Below are positions 63,110-64,000 of a DNA stretch of 64,000 nt, piece after piece. Source of the stretch: the human T2T-CHM13v2.0 reference genome, Homo sapiens. Below the pieces are notes generated by a model, which did no database searches, was not told the origin of the DNA, and worked only from the letters and a program-made list of their open reading frames with translations. The DNA is taken from assembly GCF_009914755.1 (NCBI RefSeq), contig NC_060926.1, one strand, 5' to 3'. Position numbers and translations under genes: made by a program. Within the stretch, counting starts at the first letter, position 1; each line of letters opens with the position of its first letter.

Positions 63110-64000
63110 CTGCAGAAACCAATCCCACTGTGTTAGCCTGACACCACGTGCCTGGACCACAGTGAGGAAGACAAGAGGGTCTGTAGGACAGCAAGCTCGG
63201 GCTCCCCTTACATTGTCACCAGTGTCCTGATGTTGCACCAATACCCCCAAAATGGGGCTAGCACACCTCACTGAATAAACAGATGAATACCCAGACTGCA
63301 CACCTACTTCTCTTCCACAACAACCAGATGCTGGTGGGATGAACACACAGGCTTAGAACCCTGGTCCTGCCACTTACAAGCACTGACCAAACTTCTCCAA
63401 GCCATTTTTGATCTGCACAGGGGGAGGTGGGAGCAACGCGCCGGACGATATGTTGGCGGAGTGCACGTCCTGGGGAGCGTGGGGTGTGCCCAGCAGAGCA
63501 GGAAGCAAGCTGCCCAAGAGGTGTGCACCATGCTCCCACTCTTCTACCTGCTTCCAGACCAAGCACACACAAATCTGGGCCAGGCTCCCTTTCTTCCCAC
63601 GAGTGCTACAGATCAGCCTCCACAAAACCAGCCACTCCCCAGGCTCAAGCTCAAGCTCAGAGGGACACAAGCCAACCAAGGCTACAGTTAGAGACCGGTC
63701 CTCAGAGGCCTCGTGTAGTGCGACGCCCTTGTGTGGCAGTAAGAAAACGAGGGTCCTGGAAAGGCCCCGGACACTGCTTGTGGACACCAGTGCTTCTGGC
63801 AGACCCACGCAGGGGCCCCGAGAAGGGCGCTGCTCCACGGGACTCAGGTCCACACGGGGAGCTCTTGCCTTTCTCCGGACCCAAGATCTGGCCCGCAAGC
63901 AAAAATACCAAAGAAAAACATGCTAGCACAAAAATATTAAATAACAACTTTGCTACCTTTTAAGTGCAGGTTTCACCAAATACCACCTAGAGACTCTGCT

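Overview
Human genomic DNA, recognised from the translated exons as the 2q37.3 locus PPP1R7 - ANO7 - HDLBP. It holds the last coding exon and 3' end of PPP1R7/SDS22 (+, 6456-6632). It holds the complete 25-exon ANO7/TMEM16G gene (+, 12416-47146); I traced the exons by splice signals and they join to 2802 nt = 933 aa + stop. It also holds the last 11 coding exons and 3' UTR of HDLBP/vigilin (-, 63109 down to about 50280), convergent with ANO7. Non-coding DNA is rich in Alus, with L1/MLT1/DNA-transposon relics, a solo ERV1 LTR with a 4-bp TSD, an intragenic CpG island and several VNTRs. I see no unknown protein-coding gene, CRISPR array or foreign system; most supplied ORFs are Alu, VNTR or GC-rich noise. 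The notable signals concern ANO7 RNA processing. The exon-7 acceptor is triplicated and only the last copy keeps frame. The two terminal introns are in frame and stop-free, one with a GC donor. Intron 20 is almost entirely a G-rich VNTR beside a Thr759 allele. Intron 10 carries a ~1.3 kb CAGGTG-box VNTR. The 3' end has no canonical poly(A) signal but has an inverted Alu pair facing HDLBP. Gene, repeat-family and variant names are from recall, not database searches; repeat boundaries are approximate.
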